A stretch of 32,000 nucleotides of DNA from Aliivibrio fischeri ES114 (GCF_000011805.1 NC_006840.2); one strand, 5' to 3'. Positions 19,044 through 30,602 are shown, counted from the stretch's first letter. Translations and numbers: made by a program. Notes: generated from the letters alone by a model not told the origin.

Positions 19044-22000
19044 GTGACCACTAAGTTAATTCGTTTTGAACGTTGCTTGATGGGATTATTGCTGCTGGTA
19101 TTTTTACTAGCAGCATTAGTCATTACCAGCCTGCGCCTTTTTCTACCTACTCTCAACCAATACCAGCCCGAAATTGAAACCTTTCTTTCAGAAACAACAG
19201 GTTTTTCTATCTCTATTGGTGAAGTTAAAGGTCGTTGGAGAAATACCAACCCTTCATTAAATCTTAGAAAATTGACTGCGGTTGATCCAAGTACTGGCGA
19301 TGAAATTATCTCAGTGGGTGCCGTTGAAATTCAACTTAATATTTTATCCTCATTATGGGCACAACGTCCTCAATTTGCGGATTTAAGAATTGATAAGTTA
19401 ACGGCTGATCTTACTTCGCTAGGGCCTTCAAGTTTAGGAAAAAGTGAAGAAGATGCAAAAGCAGAGCAAGAGAGTGATGAGTCTTTAGCTAAACGTTTAG
19501 AAGACTTATTTCTTGTGCGCTTAAATCACTTTTCCATAAAGAGCTCTCAAGTTGCATTTATGGCGCTTGATGGTAAAGAAAAAACCATTCAAATCGATTC
19601 ACTTCAATGGCGTAATGAGCGTAGAAAACATTTAGCTGAGGGCATTGTCAGTGTTATTGGTAGTGAAATCAATCAGCTAAAAGTAATCGCTAATTTTAAA
19701 GAAAAAGGTTCATTTAAGAGTTTAGATGGCCATTTTTATGTTGAAGCGAAAAACATCCAAGTGACCCCTTGGATAACTGAGTCTATACAAAAAGAGTATG
19801 GGATCACTCAAGGTGAAGTTTCTGTAAATGCTTGGTTTTCTTTTAAAGATGGCCAACCTATCGATGCATTGGTCGAAGCCTCACCTTCTTATTTAAATTG
19901 GGTTGAAGATAAAAGTATTCATCAAGTTAGTGTTGAAGGTGGTGTATTTGAACTTCAACCAGACGACGCAGGATGGAAGGTCTTTGCAACCGATGTTCAA
20001 GTTAAGCATCAAGGCAATAAATGGCCCGAAATTACTGGTAGTTTTTCTTGGCAACCTGAAAAATGGATTTTGAACTTAGCTCATATTGATTTGCAAAGTG
20101 CATTAGGGCTGAAGACATTATTACCCCCATCTCAAGATAATGTGACGGATTTACTAGCAACGTTAAACCCTAAAGGGAGTGTTAATGACATTCGCGTAGA
20201 ATCAGATACTACGATAGGGTTAAGTTATTCCGCTTCTATTTTATCTGCTGGAATGAATCAATGGGAGCTGCTTCCTGGCTTTCATAAATTAGATGTGTTG
20301 ATTTCAGGTGATGAAGAAAAGGGGAAAGCAAAATTGTCTTTGGTTGATGACACATTACCTTATGGTGACGTGTTTCAAGCCCCATTAAATATCAATGATG
20401 GGGATGTTACCGCTTATTGGGAAGTGAATGATGATGGTTGGCGCTTATGGTCTGATTACATTTATGTATCTACACCTGATTTACAAGCAAGAGGTGAATT
20501 TCGTTTAGATTTCCCAACCGATAAACCATCCGTACTATCTTTTTATGCGGAAGCTGATGCATTCAATGCAGATCAGACATGGCGCTACTTACCGACATTA
20601 GCATTGGGACAAGATCTTACCGATTATTTATCCGCAGCGGTACAAGGTGGTAATGCTAAGACTGTTCAACTGCTTTGGTATGGTGAATTAAACGATTTTC
20701 CTTACACGAAATATGATGGCATTTTTCAGGTTAAAGTTGGCTTAAAAGATGCGCAGTTTGCTTTTGATACTGCTTGGCCTCCATTAACTAATCTTCAGTT
20801 AGATTTGATGTTCCAAAATGCATCAATGTTTTTAAGCTCGCATTCAGCGGACCTTATGGATGTGCACGCAACTCGAGTGACAGGGCGTATTGCCAATTTA
20901 TCAGAAGATGGGAAGTTAACGATTCGAGCAACAGCAAACGGCTCAGGTAAAGCGGTTCGTGAATACATGACAGCTACGCCATTAGTTGATTCTGTGGGCG
21001 CGGCATTAAATAGCATACAGGTTGATAATCGTGTTGATGCATTGCTGCGTTTAGATATTCCATTCTCTGGTGAGGATGTTCGAGCGTGGGGCTATGCTGA
21101 TTTAGCGAATAACCATATTGAGTTGCAATCGCCGAATATCGTATTGACTAATGCTAAAGGGCGCATTGAGTTTGATAATGATGTTGTAAAAGCAAATGGA
21201 ATTAAAGCTTCGTTGCTTGGACAACCAGTTTCATTATCTTTTCATGGTGAAGACCAATCTGATTACTATGGTGTGAAAATTGAAACCAAAGGTAATTGGA
21301 AGATTGCACCACTTAAAGACTATATTGATTCACCTATGATGGATAAGGTGAGTGGTACGTCTTCGTGGAACTCAAATATTAATCTTCAAGTAGCGGATGT
21401 TGGCTTTACTTACCAGATTGGCGTTTATGCTCAATTAGGTAATATGACCTCAACTCTTCCTTATCCTTTAGCATCAGAGAAAGGAACAACTGAAAAGGCA
21501 TCGCTACAAGTTTCTGGAAATTCTGAAAAACTATCAGGGCGATTAACTTTACCTGATACAAAATATCAAGCTGAAATAGATATTACGGGTAAAATTCCAG
21601 AGATTACAGCGAGCCATGTAGTTGTTGGTAAAGGGAATTACAAGGTCAGTCCTATTGTTGGTAATTCGGCATCAATTAATACGAAGTATTTAGATGCTGA
21701 TGCATGGATTGCAGAGCCTATTTTAAGTAAAGAATCTAATAAAAAACCAAAAAGTGTAGCTATGTCTCACTTCCCTGTTATTCCTGTACCTACAAGAATT
21801 GATTCAAATATTAAATCTCTTCATTTGGCATCGCTAGATTGGAATGATGTGAATGCTGATATTCGTAAAAAATCTCAAGGCTGGTATGCGCAGGTTCGAA
21901 GTCAAGAGGTCGATGGTAAGGCAAGCTGGAAAGATAATGATGAACTGTTAGTACAATTGGATAATTTGCATATATTCATTCCAAGTCTTGATAAGCCTGA

Positions 22001-22913
22001 AAATCAAAGAGGATTAAATCGAGCAAAAGAAAATGAGCCGCTAATATCTTCTTTTGACCGTGAGTTCTTCCGTTTAATGCCAAACCTAGAATTAACGATT
22101 AAAGATGCGTGGATTCAAGGTTACAAACTGGGGAAAGTTGATACTAAACTGCATAAGAAGGGTGATACTTTCTATTTAGATAAATTGAAAATTACCAGCG
22201 GTGAAAATAAATTAGCTATGTCTGGTAATTGGTTGTTAGATAAAGAAAAGAGCCATTCAACCTTTAAAGTGAAAGCGTCTGGTGAAAACAACTCAGAATT
22301 GTTAGCTCGATTTGGTATCAGTTCAGGCATTCAAAAAGCCAGCTATAGTATGGATGGTGATTTAAATTGGGATGGTGCTCCATGGAGTATTCGAACAAAT
22401 ACATTATCTGGTGAGTTAGCATCTACTTTAGGTGAGGGTGTGATTACCGATGTAAAAGGTGCTGCTCGTTTCTTAGGTTTATTTAGTATCGATTCTATTA
22501 TCCGAAAAATGCAATTGGACTTTAGAGACGTATTTGATGATGGTATGGCCTTTAATTCAATTACAGGTAGCGGCAAGATGCGAAATGGTATCTTTGTTAG
22601 TAATAATCTAACGATGGATGCTGTCGCTGGTGAGATGAATATAAAAGGTAAGGCGGATCTAAATACTCGCTTAGTTGATGCCGAGGTTAGCTTTACGCCA
22701 GATCTCACATCGGGAATACCAATTATTACTGCATTTGCTGTAGCACCACAAACTGCAATTATTGTTTTGGCTGTAGCGACCGCGATTGCTCCTGTTATTG
22801 ACGTTATTACACAAGTTAATTATAAGGTTGAAGGACCGCTAGATTCACCTACAGTTAAAGAGCTATCTCGTAGCCAAGGTGAATATCAATTACCTGAAAA
22901 AACGGAAAAATAA
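19044..22913 (+). CDS. yhdP: YhdP family AsmA-like envelope protein (1289 aa)
   Basis: Single N-terminal TM, long beta-rich AsmA/DUF3971-like protein, GTG start at 19044, classic position after rng. Confidence 0.92.
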   Translation: MTTKLIRFERCLMGLLLLVFLLAALVITSLRLFLPTLNQYQPEIETFLSETTGFSISIGEVKGRWRNTNPSLNLRKLTAVDPSTGDEIISVGAVEIQLNILSSLWAQRPQFADLRIDKLTADLTSLGPSSLGKSEEDAKAEQESDESLAKRLEDLFLVRLNHFSIKSSQVAFMALDGKEKTIQIDSLQWRNERRKHLAEGIVSVIGSEINQLKVIANFKEKGSFKSLDGHFYVEAKNIQVTPWITESIQKEYGITQGEVSVNAWFSFKDGQPIDALVEASPSYLNWVEDKSIHQVSVEGGVFELQPDDAGWKVFATDVQVKHQGNKWPEITGSFSWQPEKWILNLAHIDLQSALGLKTLLPPSQDNVTDLLATLNPKGSVNDIRVESDTTIGLSYSASILSAGMNQWELLPGFHKLDVLISGDEEKGKAKLSLVDDTLPYGDVFQAPLNINDGDVTAYWEVNDDGWRLWSDYIYVSTPDLQARGEFRLDFPTDKPSVLSFYAEADAFNADQTWRYLPTLALGQDLTDYLSAAVQGGNAKTVQLLWYGELNDFPYTKYDGIFQVKVGLKDAQFAFDTAWPPLTNLQLDLMFQNASMFLSSHSADLMDVHATRVTGRIANLSEDGKLTIRATANGSGKAVREYMTATPLVDSVGAALNSIQVDNRVDALLRLDIPFSGEDVRAWGYADLANNHIELQSPNIVLTNAKGRIEFDNDVVKANGIKASLLGQPVSLSFHGEDQSDYYGVKIETKGNWKIAPLKDYIDSPMMDKVSGTSSWNSNINLQVADVGFTYQIGVYAQLGNMTSTLPYPLASEKGTTEKASLQVSGNSEKLSGRLTLPDTKYQAEIDITGKIPEITASHVVVGKGNYKVSPIVGNSASINTKYLDADAWIAEPILSKESNKKPKSVAMSHFPVIPVPTRIDSNIKSLHLASLDWNDVNADIRKKSQGWYAQVRSQEVDGKASWKDNDELLVQLDNLHIFIPSLDKPENQRGLNRAKENEPLISSFDREFFRLMPNLELTIKDAWIQGYKLGKVDTKLHKKGDTFYLDKLKITSGENKLAMSGNWLLDKEKSHSTFKVKASGENNSELLARFGISSGIQKASYSMDGDLNWDGAPWSIRTNTLSGELASTLGEGVITDVKGAARFLGLFSIDSIIRKMQLDFRDVFDDGMAFNSITGSGKMRNGIFVSNNLTMDAVAGEMNIKGKADLNTRLVDAEVSFTPDLTSGIPIITAFAVAPQTAIIVLAVATAIAPVIDVITQVNYKVEGPLDSPTVKELSRSQGEYQLPEKTEK

Positions 22914-22927
22914 GAAAAGGACGTATT

Positions 22928-23746
22928 ATGAGTAAAGTTGGTATTGTTCAGATGACTTCGGGGGCGGAGCCTGATGAGAATATTAAGCAGCTAAAACTCA
23001 AACTAAAAGGGCTACAACTACAAGGTGCTAAGTTAGTTTTAACGCCAGAAAATTGCATAGTATTTGGGCAAAAAGACGATTATGAGCGATATGCCGAGCC
23101 AGTAGGTAAAGGTGTATTACAAGATCAATTGTCAGCGCTTGCTCGTCACTATCAATTGTGGCTTGTGATAGGTTCATTTCCTACAAGAAATGAAAATGGC
23201 AGTTTATCGACAACCAGCCTTGTATTTGATGATAATGGTCATTTAGTCGAACATTACAATAAATTGCATATGTTTGATGTTGATGTCGAAGATAGACATC
23301 AGAGTTATCGGGAGTCCGATACTTTTACGGCTGGTAATGACATTAAAATCGTAGATACTCCTATTGGGAAAGTAGGGCTATCTATTTGCTATGATGTGCG
23401 TTTTCCTCAGTTGTACAGTGAATTACGTAAACAGGGTGCTGAAATTATTCTTGTTCCCGCGGCTTTTACTAAAGTTACCGGCTATGCACATTGGGACATA
23501 TTATTACGCTCAAGAGCCATAGAAACTCAGTGTTGGGTACTTGCTGCAGGGCAGTGGGGTAAACATGGCGCTGGACGTGAAACATGGGGGCATTCAATGA
23601 TTATTGACCCGTGGGGTAATAAAGTGACCGCACAACAAGAAGGCACTGGTGTTATTATTGCTGATATAGACCTTGAGCAAATGAATCAAATCCGCAAAAA
23701 AATGCCCGTAGCGCAACACGCTCGTTTAATTAGTTATCTACCTTAA
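22928..23746 (+). CDS. Carbon-nitrogen hydrolase (nitrilase superfamily)
   Basis: Glu (LTPENCIVFG), Lys (YNKLHMFDVDVEDRHQSYRES) and Cys (GLSICYDVRFPQLYSELRKQGAEIILVPAAFTKVTG) nitrilase motifs. Confidence 0.93.
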   Translation: MSKVGIVQMTSGAEPDENIKQLKLKLKGLQLQGAKLVLTPENCIVFGQKDDYERYAEPVGKGVLQDQLSALARHYQLWLVIGSFPTRNENGSLSTTSLVFDDNGHLVEHYNKLHMFDVDVEDRHQSYRESDTFTAGNDIKIVDTPIGKVGLSICYDVRFPQLYSELRKQGAEIILVPAAFTKVTGYAHWDILLRSRAIETQCWVLAAGQWGKHGAGRETWGHSMIIDPWGNKVTAQQEGTGVIIADIDLEQMNQIRKKMPVAQHARLISYLP

Positions 23747-23752
23747 ATACAG

Positions 23753-23790
23753 AAAAGAGTGAGTTTAGCCTATAAAACTCACTCTTTTTT
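23753..23790 (+). terminator. Rho-independent terminator after the nitrilase gene
   Basis: AAAAGAGTGAGTTT-TAGCCTAT-AAAACTCACTCTTTTTT: long stem with T-tract. Confidence 0.88.
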
Positions 23791-23839
23791 CTTCATAATT
23801 AAACGATAGATTTTCAATTCTTAAAAAAGAGTATTCCTA

Positions 23840-25285
23840 ATGAGTTTGCAAGAAGTAGAACAATCCTTATTGAGTCAAGCAGGGATCGGTCAGCAGGAAC
23901 TGTCTCAGACCTTAAGCACCATCGCAAAACGAGACGTAGACTACGCTGATATCTACTTTCAATCATGTTGGCATGAGTCATTGGTACTTGAAGACAGTAT
24001 TATTAAAGATGGGTCTTTTAATATTGACCGTGGTGTTGGCATTCGAGCTGTTGCTGGAGAAAAAACAGGGTTTGCTTATTCAGATCAAATTAATCTTGAA
24101 GCATTAACTCAAAGTGCTAGAGCGGCTCGTGGTATCGTTCAGCAAGGTGGTGAAGGCAAAGTTAAGGCATTCTCATCGCAGTCTATTCCTCAATTTTATC
24201 AGCCTGTAAATCCGTTAAATAGTTTAGATAAGCAACAGAAGATCGCATTGCTTGAGGAGATCGACGCTTATATTCGAGCGAAAGAACCACTAGTTCAAGA
24301 AGTGTCTGCAAGCATAAGTGGTGTTTATGAGCAAATGCTTGTTGCAGCTTTAGATGGTACCTATGCTGCCGATATTCGTCCATTGGTACGCCTTTCTATT
24401 AGCGTATTAGTTCAGCGTGGTGATAAGCGTGAACGTGGTAGCGCTGGTGGTGGTGGCCGCTATGGTTATGATTACTTCTTAACAGAAGTGAATGGTAAAT
24501 CTATTGCGCTAGAGTTTGCTGATGAAGCGATTCGTCAAGCATTAGTTAATCTTGATGCTGACGCAGCACCTGCTGGTATGATGCCTGTCGTTCTTGGTTC
24601 TGGCTGGCCGGGAGTTTTATTGCATGAAGCAGTAGGACACGGTCTTGAAGGTGACTTTAACCGTAAAGGTTCGTCAGTATTTGCTGGTAAAGTTGGAGAG
24701 AAAGTAACGTCTTCTGTATGTACTATTGTTGACGATGGCACTATGGTTGATCGCCGTGGTTCATTAAATGTCGATGATGAAGGTGTTCCAGGGCAATACA
24801 ATACACTAATTGAAAATGGTGTATTAAAAGGCTACATGCAAGATAAACTTAATGCTCGATTAATGGGTGTTGCACCTACAGGTAATGGTCGTCGTGAGTC
24901 TTACGCACATTTACCAATGCCTCGTATGACAAATACTTATATGCTGCCTGGTGAGTATGCTCCTGAAGAAATCATCTCAACGGTTAAAAAAGGTATTTAT
25001 GCGCCTAACTTTGGTGGTGGCCAAGTAGATATTACCTCTGGTAAGTTTGTTTTCTCTGCATCAGAAGCGTATTTAATTGAAGATGGTAAAATTACTCGCC
25101 CAGTAAAAGGGGCAACCTTAATCGGATCTGGCATCGAAGCAATGCAGCAAATCTCGATGGTTGGTAATGATTTATCACTCGATCGTGGTGTCGGTGTGTG
25201 TGGCAAAGCTGGCCAGAGCGTACCTGTTGGTGTTGGTCAACCAACGCTAAAACTAGATGCGTTAACGGTTGGTGGTACAGAGTAA
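23840..25285 (+). CDS. tldD: Metalloprotease TldD
   Basis: [28 protein letters not shown] (HExxxH-type motif), [23 protein letters not shown]-terminal [28 protein letters not shown]. Confidence 0.98.
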   Translation: MSLQEVEQSLLSQAGIGQQELSQTLSTIAKRDVDYADIYFQSCWHESLVLEDSIIKDGSFNIDRGVGIRAVAGEKTGFAYSDQINLEALTQSARAARGIVQQGGEGKVKAFSSQSIPQFYQPVNPLNSLDKQQKIALLEEIDAYIRAKEPLVQEVSASISGVYEQMLVAALDGTYAADIRPLVRLSISVLVQRGDKRERGSAGGGGRYGYDYFLTEVNGKSIALEFADEAIRQALVNLDADAAPAGMMPVVLGSGWPGVLLHEAVGHGLEGDFNRKGSSVFAGKVGEKVTSSVCTIVDDGTMVDRRGSLNVDDEGVPGQYNTLIENGVLKGYMQDKLNARLMGVAPTGNGRRESYAHLPMPRMTNTYMLPGEYAPEEIISTVKKGIYAPNFGGGQVDITSGKFVFSASEAYLIEDGKITRPVKGATLIGSGIEAMQQISMVGNDLSLDRGVGVCGKAGQSVPVGVGQPTLKLDALTVGGTE

Positions 25286-25311
25286 TACTAATACTGACAA
25301 CAAAATGAATA

Positions 25312-25350
25312 AAAAAAGAGCCAAGGATCATTAAGATGCTTGGCTTTTTT
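25312..25350 (+). terminator. Probable bidirectional terminator between convergent tldD and darP
   Basis: AAAAAAAGAGCCAAG...CTTGGCTTTTTTATT: A-tract on the left, T-tract on the right. Confidence 0.8.
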
Positions 25351-25377
25351 ATTAACAAAAATATGAATTCAAAAGAA

Positions 25378-25917
25378 TTACAGATCTTCGTTTAGGTATA
25401 GATCTTTTAAGATTTGGAAAATTTCACGGAACGCCTTTGGTGGCTTGTTCGATGCTTTTTCTTTCTTAGCTTGGCGCGCAAGTTGGCGGAAACGCTGACG
25501 ATCGGCGTCAGGGTATTTCACCATTACTTCTTCAATTACTGCGTCACCTTCTTCAATCATACGATCTCGAAGTGTTTCTAGTTTATGAAGTGCGGCTGTT
25601 GCTTGTGAGTGCTTGTTGCGAATTTTATCTAGAGCTAATTGGATTGGCTCTGGATCTTCATTACGCATTAGCTTACCAATGAATTGCAGTTGACGACGTT
25701 TCGCTTCATTTTTAAAACGCTGAGCATCATTGATCGCTTCTCTCAGATCGTCTGAAAGAGGGAATTTAGCCAGAACAGATGGTTTTAAACCAACTAACTC
25801 TTCGCCCAATTTTTGTAAGTCTTCCATGTCGTTTTTCATCTCGGTCTTACTTACCCAGATGATCTCTTCTTCCTCTTCCCAAGGAGCTTTCTGATTTTTT
25901 CTTGCCATGATCTTCAT
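25378..25917 (-). CDS. darP: Ribosome-associated protein DarP/YjgA
   Basis: [41 protein letters not shown]...[32 protein letters not shown], typical YjgA sequence. Start may be the second Met (MARKNQK). Confidence 0.94.
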   Translation of the reverse strand: MKIMARKNQKAPWEEEEEIIWVSKTEMKNDMEDLQKLGEELVGLKPSVLAKFPLSDDLREAINDAQRFKNEAKRRQLQFIGKLMRNEDPEPIQLALDKIRNKHSQATAALHKLETLRDRMIEEGDAVIEEVMVKYPDADRQRFRQLARQAKKEKASNKPPKAFREIFQILKDLYLNEDL

Positions 25918-26026
25918 TCTTTAATGGGTGATTGACTCTATTTTAGCAAGATAAATGAATAATTGGGCGCAAATTTATCACATAGAATGTTATTCTAGTA
26001 AAAATGTATCTATTTAGTCAGATGTT

Positions 26027-27370
26027 ATGGGCGCAAAACAGCAAATGATGAATCAAAAAATTGAACTCGAAGCAGCGGTAGCTAAAGCTTTAGACATGGC
26101 GACACAGCATGCAAGTGCAGCAGAAGTTGCTATTACAAAAACGACGGGCATTAGTGTATCAACACTTATGGGTGAGGTTGAGAATGTTGAATTTAACCGC
26201 GATGGTGCGTTAGGCATCACTGTATACCGTGGTCATCGTAAAGGTAGCGCATCAACATCTGATTTAAGTGATAAAGCGATTCAACAAACGGTTGCTGCAG
26301 CACTGGATATTGCAAACTACACATCTGAAGACCCGTTTTCAGGTCCAGCACCAAAAGAATTAATGGCGAAAGATATTCCTGATTTGGATTTATTTCACCC
26401 AGATGAGCCAGAGCCAGATTATGCCGCACAAAAAGCCATTGAAGCTGAGCAAGCGGCTTTAGAGTATCACTCATCAATTAAGCAAAGCGACGGTGCTAGC
26501 TACGATAGTCATTATGGCATTAAAGTTTATGGTAACAGCCATGGTATGTTGGCAAGTTACCCTTCAAGTCGTCAAAGCATCAGTTGTAGTGTGATTGGTG
26601 TTGATAAAAATGGCGATATGGAGCGTGACTATAGCTACACCGTTGCTCGTCATCGTGATGATTTGTGGGATGCTAAAAAAGTAGGTTTAGAAGCCGCAAA
26701 ACGCACAGTAAGTCGTTTAGATGCGAAAAAACTAGATACTATGAAAGTACCTGTAATGTTTGCTGCTGACGTTGCTACAGGTTTATTAGGGCACTTAGTT
26801 ATGGCGATCAGTGGTGCTAACTTATACCGTAAATCGACATTTATGCTTGATAAGCTAAATGAGAAGATTTTACCTGAATGGTTTAACGTAAGTGAGCGTC
26901 CACATATTTTAAAAGGACTGGCAAGTAGTCCATTTGATAGTGAAGGCTTATATACTCAAGACCGTGAAATCATTACCGATGGTGTATTAGCTACATATCT
27001 ACTAACTAGCTATGCTGCACGTAAATTAAACATGACACCAACAGGCCATGCTGGTGGTATCCATAACTGGTTTGTTAAATCAACAGGTCAAAGCTTTGAG
27101 CAAATGCTGAAAACCATGGGTACAGGTCTTTTAGTTACAGAGCTTATGGGACAAGGTGTGAATACGGTAACGGGTGATTACTCTCGTGGAGCAGCAGGTT
27201 TTTGGGTTGAGAATGGTGAAATTCAATATCCGGTCTCTGAAATTACCATTGCAGGTAATCTTGCTGACATGTATCACAATATTGTTGCAGTAGGTAATGA
27301 TGTAGAAACTCGCTCTCAAATTCAAACGGGTTCTATTTTAATTGAATCAATGAAGATTGCTGGTCAGTAG
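26027..27370 (+). CDS. pmbA: Metalloprotease PmbA (TldE)
   Basis: PmbA/TldD-family protein: [75 protein letters not shown]. Confidence 0.97.
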   Translation: MGAKQQMMNQKIELEAAVAKALDMATQHASAAEVAITKTTGISVSTLMGEVENVEFNRDGALGITVYRGHRKGSASTSDLSDKAIQQTVAAALDIANYTSEDPFSGPAPKELMAKDIPDLDLFHPDEPEPDYAAQKAIEAEQAALEYHSSIKQSDGASYDSHYGIKVYGNSHGMLASYPSSRQSISCSVIGVDKNGDMERDYSYTVARHRDDLWDAKKVGLEAAKRTVSRLDAKKLDTMKVPVMFAADVATGLLGHLVMAISGANLYRKSTFMLDKLNEKILPEWFNVSERPHILKGLASSPFDSEGLYTQDREIITDGVLATYLLTSYAARKLNMTPTGHAGGIHNWFVKSTGQSFEQMLKTMGTGLLVTELMGQGVNTVTGDYSRGAAGFWVENGEIQYPVSEITIAGNLADMYHNIVAVGNDVETRSQIQTGSILIESMKIAGQ

Positions 27371-27417
27371 TCGTAATATGATCAAATACTTATGTAGATT
27401 GGTGTAAAGCATAAATA

Positions 27418-27458
27418 AAAAAGCGCGCAATCATTAAATGAGAGCGCGCTTTTTTTAT
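27418..27458 (+). terminator. Probable bidirectional terminator between convergent pmbA and mgtE
   Basis: AAAAAAGCGCGC...GCGCGCTTTTTTT with A and T tracts on either side. End coordinates approximate. Confidence 0.82.
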
Positions 27459-27476
27459 GTTATGTAAAAATAAAAA

Positions 27477-28844
27477 TTACATCAGAATGGTTGCTAGGCC
27501 AAGGAAAGCAAATAGGCCGATAACATCGGTAATGGTTGTTAGTGCCATACCACCTGCTAATGCAGGATCGATATTCATCTTTTTAAGAATCAAAGGAATC
27601 GATACACCCGCAACACCAGCTACAGTAAGGTTAACCAACATAGCTGCAGAAATAATAGCGCCAAGCATGATGTCGCCTTTCCAAACCATCACAATACCAC
27701 CAATGATAGCAGCCCAAAGAATACCATTTAAGATACCGATCCCCGCTTCCTTCATAAGCAGTTCTTTTTTGTTACTGTCACCGATATGACCCACAGCTAA
27801 ACCACGAATAACCAGAGCAACAGTTTGGTTACCAGCAACACCCCCCATTGATGGTACGATTGTCATTAAAACGGCAATAGAAGCCATTTGTGCTAAGGTT
27901 GCTTCAAACATGTTTGAAACAGATGCCGCTGCAAGTGCTGCAAGTACATTCATACCAAGCCACACACTACGACGGCGTGCTGATTTTACTACGGGTGCAA
28001 AGGTATCTTCTTCGTCATCCATACCAGCCATACTCATCATTGAGTGCTCAGCATCTTCACGAATAACATCGACAACATCATCGATAGTGATACGACCTAA
28101 GAGTAAATTATTTTCATCAACAACCGGTGCAGAAACCCAGTTACGACGTTCAAATAAATTCGCAACTTCACCATCATCCGTATTTACAGGAATGGCTTCA
28201 TCGGCGTCTTCCATTACATCGCTGACAAGAACATCTGGTTGGGCGGTAAGAATAGTTGTTAAAGATAAATGACCAATTAAGCGGCTTTCTTCATCCAATA
28301 CGTACAATGCATCGGTGGCTTCTGGTAATTCACCTTTCATACGAAGGTAACGAAGAACTACATCTATCTCTACATCAGCACGAATCGTAATGAAGTCGGT
28401 ATTCATCATACCGCCAGCAGTGTCCTCTGGGTACGATAGAGCGGTTTCAACGCGGAAGCGATCAACCGTATCCATTTGACTTAATACTTCACGAGAGACA
28501 TCGTCAGGTAAGCTACGAAGAACGTAAGCGACATCATCTGTCTCCATACCTTCCGTTGCTTCAGCAATGCTTTCTGGAGCCATTTGAGATACGATACCAT
28601 CTTTTACATCTTCAGATAGCTCATCAAGGATCTCACCGTAATCTTCAGGATCGGTTAACTGCCATAATACGTTACGGCTTTTTCTGGGCGAAGCTTCTAA
28701 TAAATGGGCAATATCCTCGGGTTCCATGTCCTGTAATAAACGACGAACATGGACAAACATCCCACTATCAAGTGCATTAGATACTTCTTGAAGAGTTTGA
28801 TGGGTTTGATCGAAATCTTGTAGCTCTTGCATACTCTCCCCCAT
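27477..28844 (-). CDS. mgtE: Magnesium transporter MgtE
   Basis: MgtE N domain, CBS pair and TM region (SMGGVAGNQTVALVIRGLAVGHI, GVAGVSIPLILKKMNIDPALAGGMALTTITDVIGLFAFLGLATI). Track ORF extends to 28883; MGESMQELQDFDQ (about 28844) or the next Met is the likelier start. Confidence 0.95.
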   Translation of the reverse strand: MGESMQELQDFDQTHQTLQEVSNALDSGMFVHVRRLLQDMEPEDIAHLLEASPRKSRNVLWQLTDPEDYGEILDELSEDVKDGIVSQMAPESIAEATEGMETDDVAYVLRSLPDDVSREVLSQMDTVDRFRVETALSYPEDTAGGMMNTDFITIRADVEIDVVLRYLRMKGELPEATDALYVLDEESRLIGHLSLTTILTAQPDVLVSDVMEDADEAIPVNTDDGEVANLFERRNWVSAPVVDENNLLLGRITIDDVVDVIREDAEHSMMSMAGMDDEEDTFAPVVKSARRRSVWLGMNVLAALAAASVSNMFEATLAQMASIAVLMTIVPSMGGVAGNQTVALVIRGLAVGHIGDSNKKELLMKEAGIGILNGILWAAIIGGIVMVWKGDIMLGAIISAAMLVNLTVAGVAGVSIPLILKKMNIDPALAGGMALTTITDVIGLFAFLGLATILM

Positions 28845-28982
28845 AGAAAACCGATTTCTAACTCGAATAATGAGTATAGACAATCTAGATTAGATAATGG
28901 GCTGAATAGTAACGCAATTTGGAAGGCACGATAAGTGAATTTTGTAAGGATTGGGTTAAACAGGTGTTGAGATGAGTATTAT

Positions 28983-29261
28983 CTACTCATCTTCATCAAA
29001 ACCCGCTTCAATAAGCTCACAAATAGCATTGAGTGCTTGTTCTGCATCAACGCCATCAGCAGAGACATCTACGTATTGCCCTTGTGATGAATCTAGCATT
29101 AAAAGCCCCATAACACCATCTGCTGTTGCTTGAGTATTCTCTTCATTCGTTAAGGTAATGACAGCATCAAAGCTTTGTGCCATCTCAACTAATTTTATTG
29201 CGGCGCGAGCATGCAAACCTAATCGATTTTTTATTAATAAGTGGCGAGATGAGATTGGCAT
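28983..29261 (-). CDS. ptsO: Nitrogen PTS phosphocarrier protein NPr
   Basis: HPr-like [26 protein letters not shown] (His-15 region) and [17 protein letters not shown], downstream of rapZ. Confidence 0.95.
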   Translation of the reverse strand: MPISSRHLLIKNRLGLHARAAIKLVEMAQSFDAVITLTNEENTQATADGVMGLLMLDSSQGQYVDVSADGVDAEQALNAICELIEAGFDEDE

Positions 29262-29279
29262 AATTAAGGCTCTTTAATA

Positions 29280-30134
29280 TTAATGTCTTTCTAGGGTTTT
29301 ATGACGGATCTGAACTTGTTTGCCTTGCTGTTTGAAGTATTCCCCTAATTGTTGGGTAATATAAACAGAGCGATGTTGTCCACCAGTACAACCAATCGCT
29401 ACGGTTAAATAACTACGATTGTTTTTTTCAAGAGCAGGTAGCCAAGTGGTCAAAAATTGTTGGATTTGCTCTTTAAGTTGAATGACTTCTGTGTGTTTTG
29501 CTAAATAGTCAGCAACGGGTTTATCTAACCCTGTCATCGGGCGTAAACTTGGTTCCCAATGAGGATTAGGTAAGAAGCGTACATCAAAAACATAATCAGC
29601 ATCGGTGGGTAAACCGTGCTTAAATCCAAAAGATTCAAATACCATCACCAACTCTTTAGATTCTCGACCTAGGATCCGTGAGCGTAGGGTTTCACTTAAA
29701 TCATGAATCGATTTTGTTGTGGTATCTAAAACAAGATCAGCTTCTTCTCTATAGTCACTTAATATGCTTTTCTCAAGTGTTACGGCTTGCTCTAAAGAAC
29801 ACTGCTCTCCGATTAAAGAGAGAGGGTGTAAGCGGCGAGTTTCACTGTATCGTTTAATTAACTCTTTATCTTCAGCATCTAAAAAGATAACCGTAACATC
29901 ATGTGTTTTCTTTAATAGTGCTAAGGTGTTTTTTAATAATGCAGGATCTTTAGGTAGGTTGCGGATATCAACACTAACAGCGACATTTTGACTGCTATGT
30001 TGAATGGACTCTACAAACTGCGTGAGTAAATCAATAGGTAAATTATCAACACAATAATAACCAAGATCTTCTAATACACGTAAAGCGACAGATTTACCTG
30101 CACCAGAGCTTCCGCTAACTACCATGAGTTTCAT
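29280..30134 (-). CDS. rapZ: RNase adapter protein RapZ (YvcJ/YhbJ family ATP-binding)
   Basis: [33 protein letters not shown] ... [23 protein letters not shown]. Confidence 0.98.
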   Translation of the reverse strand: MKLMVVSGSSGAGKSVALRVLEDLGYYCVDNLPIDLLTQFVESIQHSSQNVAVSVDIRNLPKDPALLKNTLALLKKTHDVTVIFLDAEDKELIKRYSETRRLHPLSLIGEQCSLEQAVTLEKSILSDYREEADLVLDTTTKSIHDLSETLRSRILGRESKELVMVFESFGFKHGLPTDADYVFDVRFLPNPHWEPSLRPMTGLDKPVADYLAKHTEVIQLKEQIQQFLTTWLPALEKNNRSYLTVAIGCTGGQHRSVYITQQLGEYFKQQGKQVQIRHKTLERH

Positions 30135-30157
30135 TATTATGACCTTAAAAAAGATGG

Positions 30158-30601
30158 TTAAGATGTGATGATTTGATAAAGCTCGTCATCATTTTCCGCA
30201 TGGCGCAGCTGACGTAATACTTGTTTATCATTGAGTTTTTCAGCAACACTAGAAAGTGTTTTTAGATGAAGCTTACATTGTTCATCGGGAACGAGAAGTG
30301 CAAAAAGAATATCAACAGGACGATTATCAATAGCATCAAATTCGATGGGTTCTTGGCATTGGATAAGTACAGCTACGGCATTATCACAATTGAACATTCG
30401 GCCATGGGGGATAGCTATCCCATTACCTATACCAGTACTTCCCATTTTTTCTCGGTTTAATAAGCTTTCAAAAAGTTCTTGAGGGCTTTGACCAATTCGA
30501 GGTGCGGCAATTTCACTAATAAGTTCTAATGCGCGCTTTTTGCTTGTGCATTGGACTGCACTTTTCGTGCAATCCAATGAAAGAATGGTGCTTAACTGCA
30601 T
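30158..30601 (-). CDS. ptsN: Nitrogen PTS EIIA component PtsN
   Basis: EIIA-type phosphorylation site region [15 protein letters not shown]; between hpf and rapZ. Confidence 0.96.
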   Translation of the reverse strand: MQLSTILSLDCTKSAVQCTSKKRALELISEIAAPRIGQSPQELFESLLNREKMGSTGIGNGIAIPHGRMFNCDNAVAVLIQCQEPIEFDAIDNRPVDILFALLVPDEQCKLHLKTLSSVAEKLNDKQVLRQLRHAENDDELYQIITS

Positions 30602-30602
30602 G

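Noticed and set aside
22343-22708. 121-aa - strand ORF inside yhdP
   Set aside because: Antisense shadow ORF of a clear long coding region, no independent support.
27457-27789. 110-aa + strand ORF opposite mgtE
   Set aside because: Shadow ORF in the antisense of a well-conserved mgtE coding region, begins in the terminator T-run, with no RBS or recognisable protein features.
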